DNA of 64,000 bases, from the NCBI GenBank assembly GCA_028692765.1, contig JAQUWT010000002.1, forward strand, positions 34,049-98,048, written 5' to 3'. Shown piece by piece: positions 54,962 through 64,000 of the stretch. A program made the position numbers and the translations under genes. Below the pieces are notes generated by a model that was given only the letters and a program-made list of their open reading frames with translations, searched no databases and was not told the DNA's origin. Positions within the stretch are counted from its first letter, which is position 1. Each line of letters begins with the position of its first letter. This DNA comes from Patescibacteria group bacterium (GTDB lineage: Bacteria > Patescibacteriota > Patescibacteriia > Patescibacteriales > UBA12465).

Positions 54962-56890
54962 TTATTTCCTATACTCAAACAGATAATCTTCTCCTTGCCC
55001 GATTTTTTCCCAATAGTCGGCGCTCATTTTTGCCTCGGCAATAATCTTGTCGCTCGCCCACCAATATTTATTGACAATTAGGTAGGCGCGATTGACACCG
55101 GTGAAGTCCATTGCCGCGGTCATATTTTGGCGGCTGGCTTTCCCGTACACCATATCCAAGTAATATTGGTATAGAGGTCCTCCGGTAGGAATGGGGTAGA
55201 AATATATCTCTTGCCCGTCTTTTTTGATATAGCGATTATAAAAACCGAATTCATGCAGGGCGGCGGCGCTGACTTGTTGATTGGCTAAAGCGATATATTT
55301 TTCTCCATCGGCTCTTTCTTCTGCTTTCTTTACCGACGTAATATCGGCCTCTCCGGTCGAATAGCCGCGGGAATTATAGTAGTTATCAAAACGAGGATAG
55401 GAGGCATAAGTGGAGGCAAGCATAATGAAGGCTAAGCCTATAGTCGCTGTTAGCTTAAACAGTTTTTCCATTTTTAGAGACCTTTGTCCCAGATAACGGA
55501 ATAATTCGTAGAATAGGGGGATGGCGATAATGATGGCGATAATAGGCAAGCGAGACGCATAATCTCCTTGTTCGTAGGCGATTAGATTATTGAAGCTAAA
55601 GCTGCGGCTGATTAAATAGGCGGCGATAGCGGCTAAGGAAGCGGCGCTGAAAAGGCGCAGATTGTTTGCTTCTTTTGAGGATTCTTCCGGCCAAATTTGT
55701 CGGCGCCTAAAAATCATAATCAGCACTGCGCCCAAAATTAGCCAGAAATAATTATTAATGAAAAAGTAGCTGAGATTAAGCCAATAATTTTCATTGTTTT
55801 TGAAGACCGGGTTTAAGAGGCTAAGATTAAAATTTTGCCATGATAAGGAAGCAAAGCCGGAAACCGCCCAGAGTGAAAAACAAAAAGCCAGAAAAGAGGC
55901 GCTAAAAATTATTGTCGGCTCTTTAAGGAGGCGGCTGATTTTTGGCCGCGGCCAGCGTGCTTGCATAAATGACCAAGCGGCCGCCAAAACGGCGGGAATG
56001 CCGGCCAAAGGGTGGATGGCGAAAGCGGCTAGGGCAGTGCTAATAATCAAAGCTTCATTTTTTTGCCGGTAAATGAAAATAATTGTGGCCAACAATAGGA
56101 GATAGCTGAAGTTTTGTGGCGTGCTTAAAATAAAAGGAGAAAAGCCGATAAGAGCCAGCATGATAATCGCCAGCCAAGCTTCCGGCCGGGAAGATTTCTG
56201 CCGGAGCTGGCTTAAAAGCCAGGGCAGGGACAGGGCGCTTATTAGCGGCAGGAAATATTGGTTAATAAGGGCCAAACTGAGGCCGCTGATTTTATGAAGG
56301 GCGATAATCAGGCTATATTGTCCGATATAATAAGGGGTTTTCGGTAAAATAAAGCCGACGCGGTTAATTTCCGCCATCGCCGCTTGGTGGATGAAGGGGT
56401 CAAAGCCGTAGCCGAGGCGATAGACGATGGCGGCAACGGAAAAAATCGCCAGATAATAAAGCCCCAGCAGGATGTTTTTATATTTATTGTTACCGTTACG
56501 GGTAAGAGCGGCGATTAAAGATAAATTAGCCGCCAAGAGAAGCGGGAAAAACCAAGGATTGATGACTGTCCAGGGAGAAATTATCGCCTTATCGGTAGCG
56601 CTTCCGGCAGCCAGCGCCAGCATGCTTATAATTAAAATAAGAGCCGCTGTTGAGAATAAGTAAAAATATTTTGAGTTTTTAATGGTATTTTTAGCTGATG
56701 TCGGTTCTTTTATCTGTTTGTTCAAAGCTGTATAAACAATGCCGGCAATTAAAAAAGCGGCAATCAGGCCAATAATGTCCAGGGCATAGAGAAAATAGAC
56801 CAAAGCGCTGGCGCTGGTAAACAGCATCAGCCAGAGCCAAAGACCTTCAAAAGTAAGGGAAAATTTGAATTTTAACATATAATATATCAT
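54962..56890 (-). CDS. large polytopic membrane protein, function unknown
   Basis: 642 aa with many hydrophobic helices and a soluble C-terminal ~130 aa. Confidence 0.6.
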   Translation of the reverse strand: MIYYMLKFKFSLTFEGLWLWLMLFTSASALVYFLYALDIIGLIAAFLIAGIVYTALNKQIKEPTSAKNTIKNSKYFYLFSTAALILIISMLALAAGSATDKAIISPWTVINPWFFPLLLAANLSLIAALTRNGNNKYKNILLGLYYLAIFSVAAIVYRLGYGFDPFIHQAAMAEINRVGFILPKTPYYIGQYSLIIALHKISGLSLALINQYFLPLISALSLPWLLSQLRQKSSRPEAWLAIIMLALIGFSPFILSTPQNFSYLLLLATIIFIYRQKNEALIISTALAAFAIHPLAGIPAVLAAAWSFMQARWPRPKISRLLKEPTIIFSASFLAFCFSLWAVSGFASLSWQNFNLSLLNPVFKNNENYWLNLSYFFINNYFWLILGAVLIMIFRRRQIWPEESSKEANNLRLFSAASLAAIAAYLISRSFSFNNLIAYEQGDYASRLPIIAIIIAIPLFYELFRYLGQRSLKMEKLFKLTATIGLAFIMLASTYASYPRFDNYYNSRGYSTGEADITSVKKAEERADGEKYIALANQQVSAAALHEFGFYNRYIKKDGQEIYFYPIPTGGPLYQYYLDMVYGKASRQNMTAAMDFTGVNRAYLIVNKYWWASDKIIAEAKMSADYWEKIGQGEDYLFEYRK

Positions 56891-56956
56891 AGCAGATTCT
56901 TGCGTATTCGGGCAATTTTGGCTACTATTAAAAAGAGGAGATATGGCCTTATTTTT

Positions 56957-58747
56957 ATGATTAAATTTCGCTTATTTAAGAATAATTTTGATTATCTGTT
57001 AGTGCTTTTATTGGCGCTTGTCTTTTTTGCGGCTAGCGCCTGGTTTAACTGCGCGACGCAGAGCTCGGATTATGTCAAATTCTTATCGCCCGATGAAACG
57101 GCCAACTATTTTTTTGCCAAGCATTATGCGGAAACCGGCAGTATTTCCGTTTTTGAGCCGTCTAATTTGATTGCCGAGGAAATAGTCCATCCTCGGAGCG
57201 TAAGGAGTGATAACGGCTGGCTCAAGCCCGTCAGTTTTTTGGGGATAATTTTAGTCTATGGACAAATTGCTTCTTGGCTGGGAACGGCGGTGATTCCATA
57301 TTTGACGCCTTTTTTTGCCGCTTTGGGCATTATTTTCTTCTATGCTTTCGTGCGTAAATTATTCGGCCGGCAAGTAGCGATGATATCCGCTTTTTTGCTG
57401 GCTTCATTTCCCGTTTACTTTTTTTATTCGGCGCGGAGCATGTTCCATAATGTTTTATTCCTGGTCTTTTTGTTGGCCGGCGCTTATTTTTTATTGCTGA
57501 GCCTGCCTCCGCGGGAAAATAATAGGCGCAAATTTTTAACTTGGCGCTTGTCGGCTAAAGATGGCTTCACGTACAGCTTTTCTTTGCTAGCCGGTCTTAT
57601 GTTCGGCGGGGCTATCGGCGCCCGTTCTTCGGAACTGTTATGGCTGGGGCCGGCGCTTTTTATCGCTTGGCTTTTTTATGCCCGCCGTTTGGGACTGACT
57701 AGATTGGTTTTTATGCTGGCAGGCTTGGTTTTAGCTCTGCTCCCGGTCTTCTACTGGAATCAGATTTTATATTCTTCGCCTTTTTTCGGAGGTTATGGCG
57801 AGATGAACCGTTCCATTGCGGCCATGTCTCAAGCCGGCGGCAATTTTTTGCAATCAAGCGTCCGCGGCGATTTCAGTCAATACCGCTCGGCCATCGAAGT
57901 TGTCCTTAATAATATTTTTTATTTCGGTTATCAGCCCTATCAGTCTTTGAAGATGTTTTTCTACTATGTACTGAAAATGTTTCCGCTCCTATCTGCTTTT
58001 ACGTTTGTCGGTTTTCTGATTTTTATTTATAGAATAATTCAGAGGCCGAAGCGGGGCGCTTATCTATATTTGCTTGTCTGGTTAGCTTTATCCTTAATTT
58101 TAGTTTTTTATTACGGCAGCTGGCACTTTAACGATAATCCCGACCCCAGGCGCTTTACTATCGGCAATTCTTATACGCGCTATTGGCTGCCGATGTATGT
58201 TCTAGCTATTCCTCTCGCTTCTTTGTTTATCGTTTCTTTATCTAGATTTATCGCTTCAGTTTCTTGGCCGAGATTTGATTTTTCTTTCCGCTTCCGCCCG
58301 CGCCGTTTTTTATCTATAGGTCTAATGGCGCTTATTGTCGGTGCGGCAGTGTTTGTTAATTTAGATTTTGTCTTTTTCGGCTCCGAAGAAGGCTTGGCGA
58401 CCTTATATCACAATCATTTTATTGACAAGGCTAATGCTCAAGCCATTCTGGGCTTGACCGAAGAACAAGCAGTGATTGTCACCCAATATCATGACAAGCA
58501 ATTATTTCCGGAAAGAAGGGTTATTAATGCCTTGCTGACCAATGATGATGTTAACGGTAGTTTGGGGAAAATGCTGCGCTTTTATCCTATTTATTATTAT
58601 AATTTTACTTTTCCCGAAAAAGATTTAATTTATCTTAACGAACGGCGCCTGCCTCAGTTCGGCTTCAATATTAATCCGGTGGTTCATCGCGGCCAGTTTA
58701 CTTTATATCGCCTGGATAAGGTAGAGCCCTTGGCGGAAGGCAAATAA
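56957..58747 (+). CDS. GT-C fold glycosyltransferase-like membrane protein (PMT_2/ArnT-like)
   Basis: Polytopic. An early loop SPDETANYFFAKHY carries a DE motif typical of GT-C enzymes. The start is uncertain: ATG 56957 or TTG 56900. Confidence 0.5.
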   Translation: MIKFRLFKNNFDYLLVLLLALVFFAASAWFNCATQSSDYVKFLSPDETANYFFAKHYAETGSISVFEPSNLIAEEIVHPRSVRSDNGWLKPVSFLGIILVYGQIASWLGTAVIPYLTPFFAALGIIFFYAFVRKLFGRQVAMISAFLLASFPVYFFYSARSMFHNVLFLVFLLAGAYFLLLSLPPRENNRRKFLTWRLSAKDGFTYSFSLLAGLMFGGAIGARSSELLWLGPALFIAWLFYARRLGLTRLVFMLAGLVLALLPVFYWNQILYSSPFFGGYGEMNRSIAAMSQAGGNFLQSSVRGDFSQYRSAIEVVLNNIFYFGYQPYQSLKMFFYYVLKMFPLLSAFTFVGFLIFIYRIIQRPKRGAYLYLLVWLALSLILVFYYGSWHFNDNPDPRRFTIGNSYTRYWLPMYVLAIPLASLFIVSLSRFIASVSWPRFDFSFRFRPRRFLSIGLMALIVGAAVFVNLDFVFFGSEEGLATLYHNHFIDKANAQAILGLTEEQAVIVTQYHDKQLFPERRVINALLTNDDVNGSLGKMLRFYPIYYYNFTFPEKDLIYLNERRLPQFGFNINPVVHRGQFTLYRLDKVEPLAEGK

Positions 58748-58762
58748 CTGTATTATATATCT

Positions 58763-60064
58763 ATGAAATATCATATTATTACCATCGGCTGTCAGATGAA
58801 TAAGGCCGACAGCGAGCGTATCGCTTCATTTTTAGAGGAGCGCGGCTATGCCGCTTCCGCTTCTTGGCTAGGGGTAGATTTAGTTATTCTCACCACTTGC
58901 GGAGTCCGTCAATCGGCTGAAGACAGAGTCTATGGCTTGGTTAATCGCATCCGCCAGGGTAATCCGCAGGCGGCTGTGGTTATTACCGGCTGTCTGGCTC
59001 GCCGCGAGGACGTCAAACGGCGTTTGCGGGGAAAGGTTGACTTATTTATGCCCATTAATGAATTACCCAATATTTTTGCTTTATTGAAGGATTCGCATCG
59101 GCAATTAAGCCTTAGTACTGATGCTGTCCGCGAATTAAGCGGCGAAAAGTATTTGACTATAATTCCCAAGTATCAAAGCAGCTTTACCGCCTATTTGCCG
59201 ATTGGTAACGGCTGCAATAATTTTTGTTCCTATTGCGTCGTTCCCTATGCCCGCGGCCGGGAAGTCTATCGCTCGGCGGCCGATATTGTCAAAGAAGCCA
59301 AGGCGCTCTTAAAAAGAGGCTATAAAGAAATTATTTTAATCGCCCAGAACGTGAACAGCTATCGCAGCGGCCGGACGGATTTCCCTAAATTATTATCAAA
59401 ATTGGCGTCTTTGTCCGGCGATTTCTGGCTGCGTTTTTCCTCCAGCCATCCCAAAGATTTGTCTTTAGAGCTGATTAAGGTTCTGGCTTCGTCCGATAAG
59501 ATCTGTCATCATCTGCATGTGGCAGTCCAATCGGGCGACGATGAAATTTTACGGGCAATGAACCGCCGCTATACAGCCGCCCATTTCTCTTCATTGATCA
59601 AAAAAATCAGGAAAGCCAAGCCGGGGATCGCGATTACGACCGACGTGATTGTCGGTTTTCCCGGAGAAACAAAGAAGCAATTCCAGAACTCCGTTAAATT
59701 ATTCAAAGAGTTGCAATTCGATATGGCTTATACCGCCCAGTACAGCCCGCGTCCGGGAACGGCTTCTTGGAAAATGGATGATAATGTCAGCCGGGAAGAA
59801 AAGCGTCGGCGCGAACAGATTTTAACGGAGATTTTAAGGAAGAGCGGCAAAAAAGCTAATAAGGCTTATTTGTGCCAGGAACTTAGGGTTTTAGCGGAAG
59901 GGAAAAATAGGCGGGGTCATTACTACGGCAAGACTTCCAGCTTCAAAACCGTTTCGTTTACGGTGCCGGCAGGCATGAGATCCGAGGATATTATCGGTAA
60001 TTTTGTGGAGGTAAAGATTAAAAAAATCCAGGATTTTGGCCTGGAGGGGGTTTTAAATAAATAA
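58763..60064 (+). CDS. miaB: tRNA methylthiotransferase MiaB (radical SAM)
   Basis: MKYHIITIGCQMNKADSE. Radical SAM motif CNNFCSYC. C-terminal TRAM-like domain. Adjacent to miaA. Confidence 0.85.
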   Translation: MKYHIITIGCQMNKADSERIASFLEERGYAASASWLGVDLVILTTCGVRQSAEDRVYGLVNRIRQGNPQAAVVITGCLARREDVKRRLRGKVDLFMPINELPNIFALLKDSHRQLSLSTDAVRELSGEKYLTIIPKYQSSFTAYLPIGNGCNNFCSYCVVPYARGREVYRSAADIVKEAKALLKRGYKEIILIAQNVNSYRSGRTDFPKLLSKLASLSGDFWLRFSSSHPKDLSLELIKVLASSDKICHHLHVAVQSGDDEILRAMNRRYTAAHFSSLIKKIRKAKPGIAITTDVIVGFPGETKKQFQNSVKLFKELQFDMAYTAQYSPRPGTASWKMDDNVSREEKRRREQILTEILRKSGKKANKAYLCQELRVLAEGKNRRGHYYGKTSSFKTVSFTVPAGMRSEDIIGNFVEVKIKKIQDFGLEGVLNK

Positions 60065-60065
60065 A

Positions 60066-60097
60066 AAAGTCTGACGCAATCTCTGCGGCAGACTTTT
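60066..60097 (+). terminator. rho-independent terminator
   Basis: AGTCTG.CGC...GCG.CAGACT followed by TTTT. Confidence 0.7.
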
Positions 60098-60196
60098 GAG
60101 AAAGTCTAATTGTTTACTTTCAGAAACCAAAACCTAAATAAATTATATATTATTATTCTCTATTTTGTCAAGTGGCTGTATAGCAGCCAATTTTTT

Positions 60197-61117
60197 ATGA
60201 AAACTACCGACAAGCAAAAAATATTAGTGATTCTCGGACCGACGGCCGCCGGCAAAACAGCTTTAGGCGTACGTTTGGCGGCTAAATATCAGGGGGAAAT
60301 TGTTTCGGCTGATAGCCGTCAGGTTTATCAAGGCATGGATATTGGTACCGGCAAGGATTTAGCAGAATATAAAGTTGGGCGCAAGTATGTTCCTCATCAC
60401 TTAATTGATGTTGTTTCCCCTAATACTGAATTTAATCTCGCCCAATATCAAAAATTGGCTTTACAATCAATGGCGGATATTATTAGCCGCGGCAAATTGC
60501 CGATTATTGTCGGCGGTACCGGTTTGTATTTACAGGCTTTAGTCGATAATTATGATTTAAGTAAAATGAGCCCTGATTTAGAAAAACGGCGCTTGCTAGA
60601 GGCTTTAAATAAAGATGAATTGTTCGTCCGCTTGGAAAAATTGAAACCGGAATTCGCGCTCAAGCTTAACAATAGCGATAAGAATAATCCTCGCCGCTTG
60701 GTCCGCTATTTGGAAATTTTAGAAAAAGAGGGGAGTTTAAGCGGCAAGCAAGAATCACCTTATGATTTCTTGGTGTTAGGCTTGGATTTTTCGGATGATA
60801 TTTTACGGGAGAGAATCGTAAAAAGAATCAGGCAGCGCTTAGAAAATGAGGATATGCTCGGCGAAGTCGAGCGTCTTCATGATAACGGCGTCAGCTGGGA
60901 GCGATTAATATCTTTCGGCTTGGAGTATAGATTTTTAAGCTATCATCTTTTGGGACGGCTTGATTACGACGAGATGCTGCAGAAGCTAAGCGACGCTTCC
61001 TATCGTTTCGCCAAGCGCCAGAAAACTTGGTTTAAGCGTTGGGAAAAGCAGGGAAGGAAGATTAATTGGCTGGGCAGTCAGGATGAAGCAGAAAAATTGA
61101 TAGACAGTTATCTTTAA
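60197..61117 (+). CDS. miaA: tRNA dimethylallyltransferase
   Basis: ILGPTAAGKT P-loop, SADSRQVYQGMDIGTGK, GGTGLY. ATG 60197 preferred. Confidence 0.9.
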   Translation: MKTTDKQKILVILGPTAAGKTALGVRLAAKYQGEIVSADSRQVYQGMDIGTGKDLAEYKVGRKYVPHHLIDVVSPNTEFNLAQYQKLALQSMADIISRGKLPIIVGGTGLYLQALVDNYDLSKMSPDLEKRRLLEALNKDELFVRLEKLKPEFALKLNNSDKNNPRRLVRYLEILEKEGSLSGKQESPYDFLVLGLDFSDDILRERIVKRIRQRLENEDMLGEVERLHDNGVSWERLISFGLEYRFLSYHLLGRLDYDEMLQKLSDASYRFAKRQKTWFKRWEKQGRKINWLGSQDEAEKLIDSYL

Positions 61118-61128
61118 TTTATTTTTTT

Positions 61129-61160
61129 AAAAAAGACCGTTGCTTGAACGGTCTTTTTTG
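61129..61160. terminator. bidirectional terminator between convergent miaA and the PNP gene
   Basis: AAAAAAGACCGT-TGCTTGA-ACGGTCTTTTTT. Confidence 0.85.
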
Positions 61161-61170
61161 TTTTGCGTGA

Positions 61171-61989
61171 TTATATTTTTTCTATAATCCGATGTAAGAA
61201 TGAGCCTAATAATTTTGACGCTTCCTGTGATTTTTTTAAATTTTCTTCATGGGAATGTGCAGCGACATCATCATTGGTGACAAAGCCGAGGGTTAATGTC
61301 TCCACCCCGTATAGAGCGGCAATACAAGCTTCTGGCAAGGCGCTCATGCCGATAACGCCGGCCCCGCTTTTTGCAAGTAAATTTTTGTCGTATTTTCTTC
61401 CTTCGAAGAAAGGCCCTCGGAGCATCACGTGCCCGACTTCTTTGGCCGTCAGTTGTCCTTGTTTGGCAAGGGCAATCTGTGTTAATCTGGAGCTGATTGT
61501 GTCTTCTGGTGAACAGAATTCGCCTGCCCATAGAGGCATGTCTGGCGCGTATAGGGTTACAAACCCGTTAATTACGGCAATTTCTCCGACATTTAGGGCT
61601 CCTTTGAGGCTGCCGACAGCGCTGGTAATTATCAGATTATTTATGCCTAGCTGACACAGCATTTCCGTCTGTAGGCGGACCATTTTGGCAATTTCCGGAT
61701 TATAGGGAGCTTCATTTAAATGGATGCGTCCATTTAAGGCGACTATTATTTTTTGCCCGATAAATCCGATTATTAATTCGCGCTTGTGGCCTTCAATTTT
61801 TTCCAGATTGCTAAACCCTGGGATATCGCTAAAAGGGATAATGTTACTATTTTTTATTTTTAGTGCATCTCCCCAGCCGGTACCTAAAATTATACCAATA
61901 TCAGCTTTTCTGTATTTTAAGCCGGGATGGATTTCTTTAATAAAATCGGCGGCAATAATAGCCGCAGTTTCTCTGTCTTTATTCCTCAT
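61171..61989 (-). CDS. purine nucleoside phosphorylase (PNP/MTAP family)
   Basis: 272 aa: ILGTGWG, GHKRELIIG, LNGRIHLNE, VIGMSALPEACIA. Confidence 0.8.
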   Translation of the reverse strand: MRNKDRETAAIIAADFIKEIHPGLKYRKADIGIILGTGWGDALKIKNSNIIPFSDIPGFSNLEKIEGHKRELIIGFIGQKIIVALNGRIHLNEAPYNPEIAKMVRLQTEMLCQLGINNLIITSAVGSLKGALNVGEIAVINGFVTLYAPDMPLWAGEFCSPEDTISSRLTQIALAKQGQLTAKEVGHVMLRGPFFEGRKYDKNLLAKSGAGVIGMSALPEACIAALYGVETLTLGFVTNDDVAAHSHEENLKKSQEASKLLGSFLHRIIEKI

Positions 61990-62110
61990 GCTATTTTATT
62001 TTAAAGGTTCTAATTTAATGGTTTATCTTATTTTTTTGAAATTTCTTTGTCAATGATTATTTATTGATGTCAAGACAGAATAAAATCCCCTTATTAGGGG
62101 GAATTTTATG

Positions 62111-63619
62111 CTATTCGCTCAGTATTTTTCCTAATAAATTTCTCACTTTTTCCGGATTGGCTTTGCCCTTGGTTTCAGCCATCACTTTGCCAATAAAGAA
62201 TTGAATGAGAGGTGTTTTGCCATTTCTATATTCTTCCGTCTGGGCGGGATTAGCTTGGATAACGCGGCGGATGGCCGTTTCTAATTCTTCTTCGCTATCA
62301 AGCTGCTCCAGCCCGAGTTTCGTCATAATATCGCTCGGGTCGCCGCCTTCCCAGTACATGATTTCGAGGATTCTCTGACCGGCGTTGGAATTAATCTTAT
62401 TTTGCCAGATTAATGCCATTAGTTCAGCAAAATTTTCCGCGGTCATTTTTAAGTCGGTGATGGCGCGCTTATCCGTGTTCAAGTTTTTTAGCAACTCGCT
62501 GGTAATCCAATTGGCCGCCATTTGCGCGGCATTCTTATCTTGCCTTTCAAAATCATCGCCGTTCGCTTCTATCCAGGCGCCCATTTCTGAAACTACATTT
62601 TCGAAGAAGGCCGCCATGTCCTTGTCGTTAGCAATAATGGTGGCGCTTTCGGTTTTGAGGCCATATTGCCGCTGAAAGCGTTTTTGCTTGGCATCTGGTA
62701 ATTCTACCAGGCTCTGTTTTAGGCTATCTAACCAGGCTTCATCGATAATAATCGGCGGAATATCCGGTTCCGGGAAGTAGCGGTAATCGGCCGCCGTTTC
62801 TTTTTTTCTCTGCGCGACGGTTTCGTTCCGTTTTTCATCCCAGCCCCGAGTTTCCGGAATAATTTCTTCTTTATTATCCAGAGCCTTGCTTTGTCGAGCA
62901 ATCTCATAATTAATCGCTTTTTCAACAGCACGGAAAGAATTGATATTTTTAACCTCTACTTTAGCATTGAGTTTTTTCTTGCCGGTGGCGATAATTAAGC
63001 CGTTTTGATAGGCCCAAGCGCCCGGTTTTTGCAAGCTGATATTAGCTTCGCAGCGCATCTCCCCTTTTTCCATATCGGCATTGCTAGCTTCAAGGAAGCG
63101 CAGTACGCGCTGATAGGCTTGGCAGAAATTTTTGGCTTCTTCGGCATCTTGAATCACCGGTTCGGTGACTAATTCTACCAAAGGCGTGCCGGCACGGTTA
63201 AAGTCGATTAAAGTATCTTGGCTGCCTTGAGGGTGGAAAGATTTGCCGGTATCTTCTTCCAGGTGGATGCGAGTGATGGCGATTTCTTTGTCGCCGATAT
63301 CCAGACTGCCTTGATAGCAGAAAGGCTGGTCATATTGGGAAATTTGGTAGCCTTTGGGGAGGTCGGGGTAGAAATAGTTTTTGCGGTCAAATTTAGAGTG
63401 AAGGTTAATCTGGCAATTCAGAGCCAGGCCGATAAGCAGTGTCCAATCTATCGCTTGTTTATTTGGCACAGGCAAAGTGCCGGGGTGGCCTAGACAAATC
63501 GGGCAGACAGTCGTGTTTGGCGCCTTGCCTTCGCTATTATTGGAGCAGGAGCAGAACATTTTGCTCTTGGTTTTTAATTCAGCGTGGATTTCCATGCCGA
63601 TAATGACGTCGTATTTCAT
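62111..63619 (-). CDS. gatB: Asp-tRNA(Asn)/Glu-tRNA(Gln) amidotransferase subunit B
   Basis: MKYDVIIGMEIHAELKTKSKMFCSC...VCPICLGHPGTLPV. Confidence 0.95.
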   Translation of the reverse strand: MKYDVIIGMEIHAELKTKSKMFCSCSNNSEGKAPNTTVCPICLGHPGTLPVPNKQAIDWTLLIGLALNCQINLHSKFDRKNYFYPDLPKGYQISQYDQPFCYQGSLDIGDKEIAITRIHLEEDTGKSFHPQGSQDTLIDFNRAGTPLVELVTEPVIQDAEEAKNFCQAYQRVLRFLEASNADMEKGEMRCEANISLQKPGAWAYQNGLIIATGKKKLNAKVEVKNINSFRAVEKAINYEIARQSKALDNKEEIIPETRGWDEKRNETVAQRKKETAADYRYFPEPDIPPIIIDEAWLDSLKQSLVELPDAKQKRFQRQYGLKTESATIIANDKDMAAFFENVVSEMGAWIEANGDDFERQDKNAAQMAANWITSELLKNLNTDKRAITDLKMTAENFAELMALIWQNKINSNAGQRILEIMYWEGGDPSDIMTKLGLEQLDSEEELETAIRRVIQANPAQTEEYRNGKTPLIQFFIGKVMAETKGKANPEKVRNLLGKILSE

Positions 63620-63675
63620 ATAATTCTATTTTAACGGAAAAACCGCATTCAGGAAAGGAGTTTTGTTTATTTACC

Positions 63676-63699
63676 AAAAAGGCCTCGGATGAGGCCTTT
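63676..63699 (-). terminator. terminator downstream of dut
   Basis: AAAGGCCTC-GGAT-GAGGCCTTT with a T-run on the minus strand. Confidence 0.75.
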
Positions 63700-63703
63700 A
63701 TTT

Positions 63704-64000
63704 TTAAAATAAGCCGGTACTGCCGAAGCCGTCGTTCCCGCGTTGGCTCTCATCTTCTATTTTACCTTCTTTAATTATTGGCAGTTCTATTTTTTGGATT
63801 AGAAGCTGGGCAATCTTCTGTCCGGCTTGGACATGATAGATATCCTCGCTCAGGTTTTTAAACACCACTTTTATTTCTCCGCGGTAGCTGGAGTCAATTA
63901 CGCCGCCCATAGTGGTGAATCCTTGGCTGGCGAGGCCGCTTTTATCCCAAATAAGGCCGACGTAGCCATCAGGTATGGCTAGGCGGATGCCTGTTGGGAT
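63704..64000 (-). CDS. dut: dUTP diphosphatase, 5' end outside the window
   Basis: The minus-strand frame is open to position 64000: IPTGIRLAIPDGYVGLIWDKSGLASQGFTTMGGVIDSSYRGEIKVV...GFGSTG. The track ORF 63704-63910 is only its internal-Met part. Confidence 0.9.
   Translation of the reverse strand: MPTGIRLAIPDGYVGLIWDKSGLASQGFTTMGGVIDSSYRGEIKVVFKNLSEDIYHVQAGQKIAQLLIQKIELPIIKEGKIEDESQRGNDGFGSTGLF

Overview
The window splits into two parts. Positions 1 to about 15,450 are a visibly AT-rich accessory island. This is judged by eye; GC content was not computed. From about 15,600 to 64,000 the sequence is more GC-rich, ordinary chromosomal backbone.

The island contains, in order:
- a LexA-type repressor plus a partial zinc-ribbon ORF
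- a tightly coupled three-gene operon: Type III mod, Type III res, and an OLD-family/PARIS-like ATPase-Toprim protein
- two about 0.5 kb single-gene modules, each with its own consensus promoter and a palindromic operator; both are bounded by direct copies of one 27-37 nt site
- a large serine recombinase, whose last 15 codons contain a third copy of that site
- a 1.1 kb non-coding stretch dense with nested inverted repeats and degenerate direct repeats
- four tandem paralogous mini-HTH genes plus a Hypoth_Ymh-like gene
- a Type II methyltransferase/endonuclease pair with a translationally coupled NucS-like/DUF4268-like third gene
- a fourth copy of the site core at 15433-15448, at the island edge

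The backbone carries:
- cell-envelope genes: a 1326-aa surface protein with three 261-bp tandem repeats, an M23 peptidase, PBP2, MltG, UppP and GT-C membrane proteins
- a two-component system
- hrcA, a grpE fusion, hsp20, dnaK and dnaJ, plus groESL; hrcA and groES are each preceded by a perfect CIRCE operator
- a complete F1Fo ATP synthase operon
- miaB, miaA, a purine nucleoside phosphorylase, gatB and a partial dut

No rRNA genes, tRNA genes or CRISPR arrays were found. My impression is that the gene content and style fit a small-genome Patescibacteria/CPR-like bacterium, but this is unverified.

The best candidates for undescribed biology are the serine-recombinase site-bounded cassette array, the Type III R-M plus OLD-like operon, the structured non-coding region next to the recombinase, and the four-paralog HTH cluster. 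All functional calls rest on motifs read from the supplied translations. No database searches were run.
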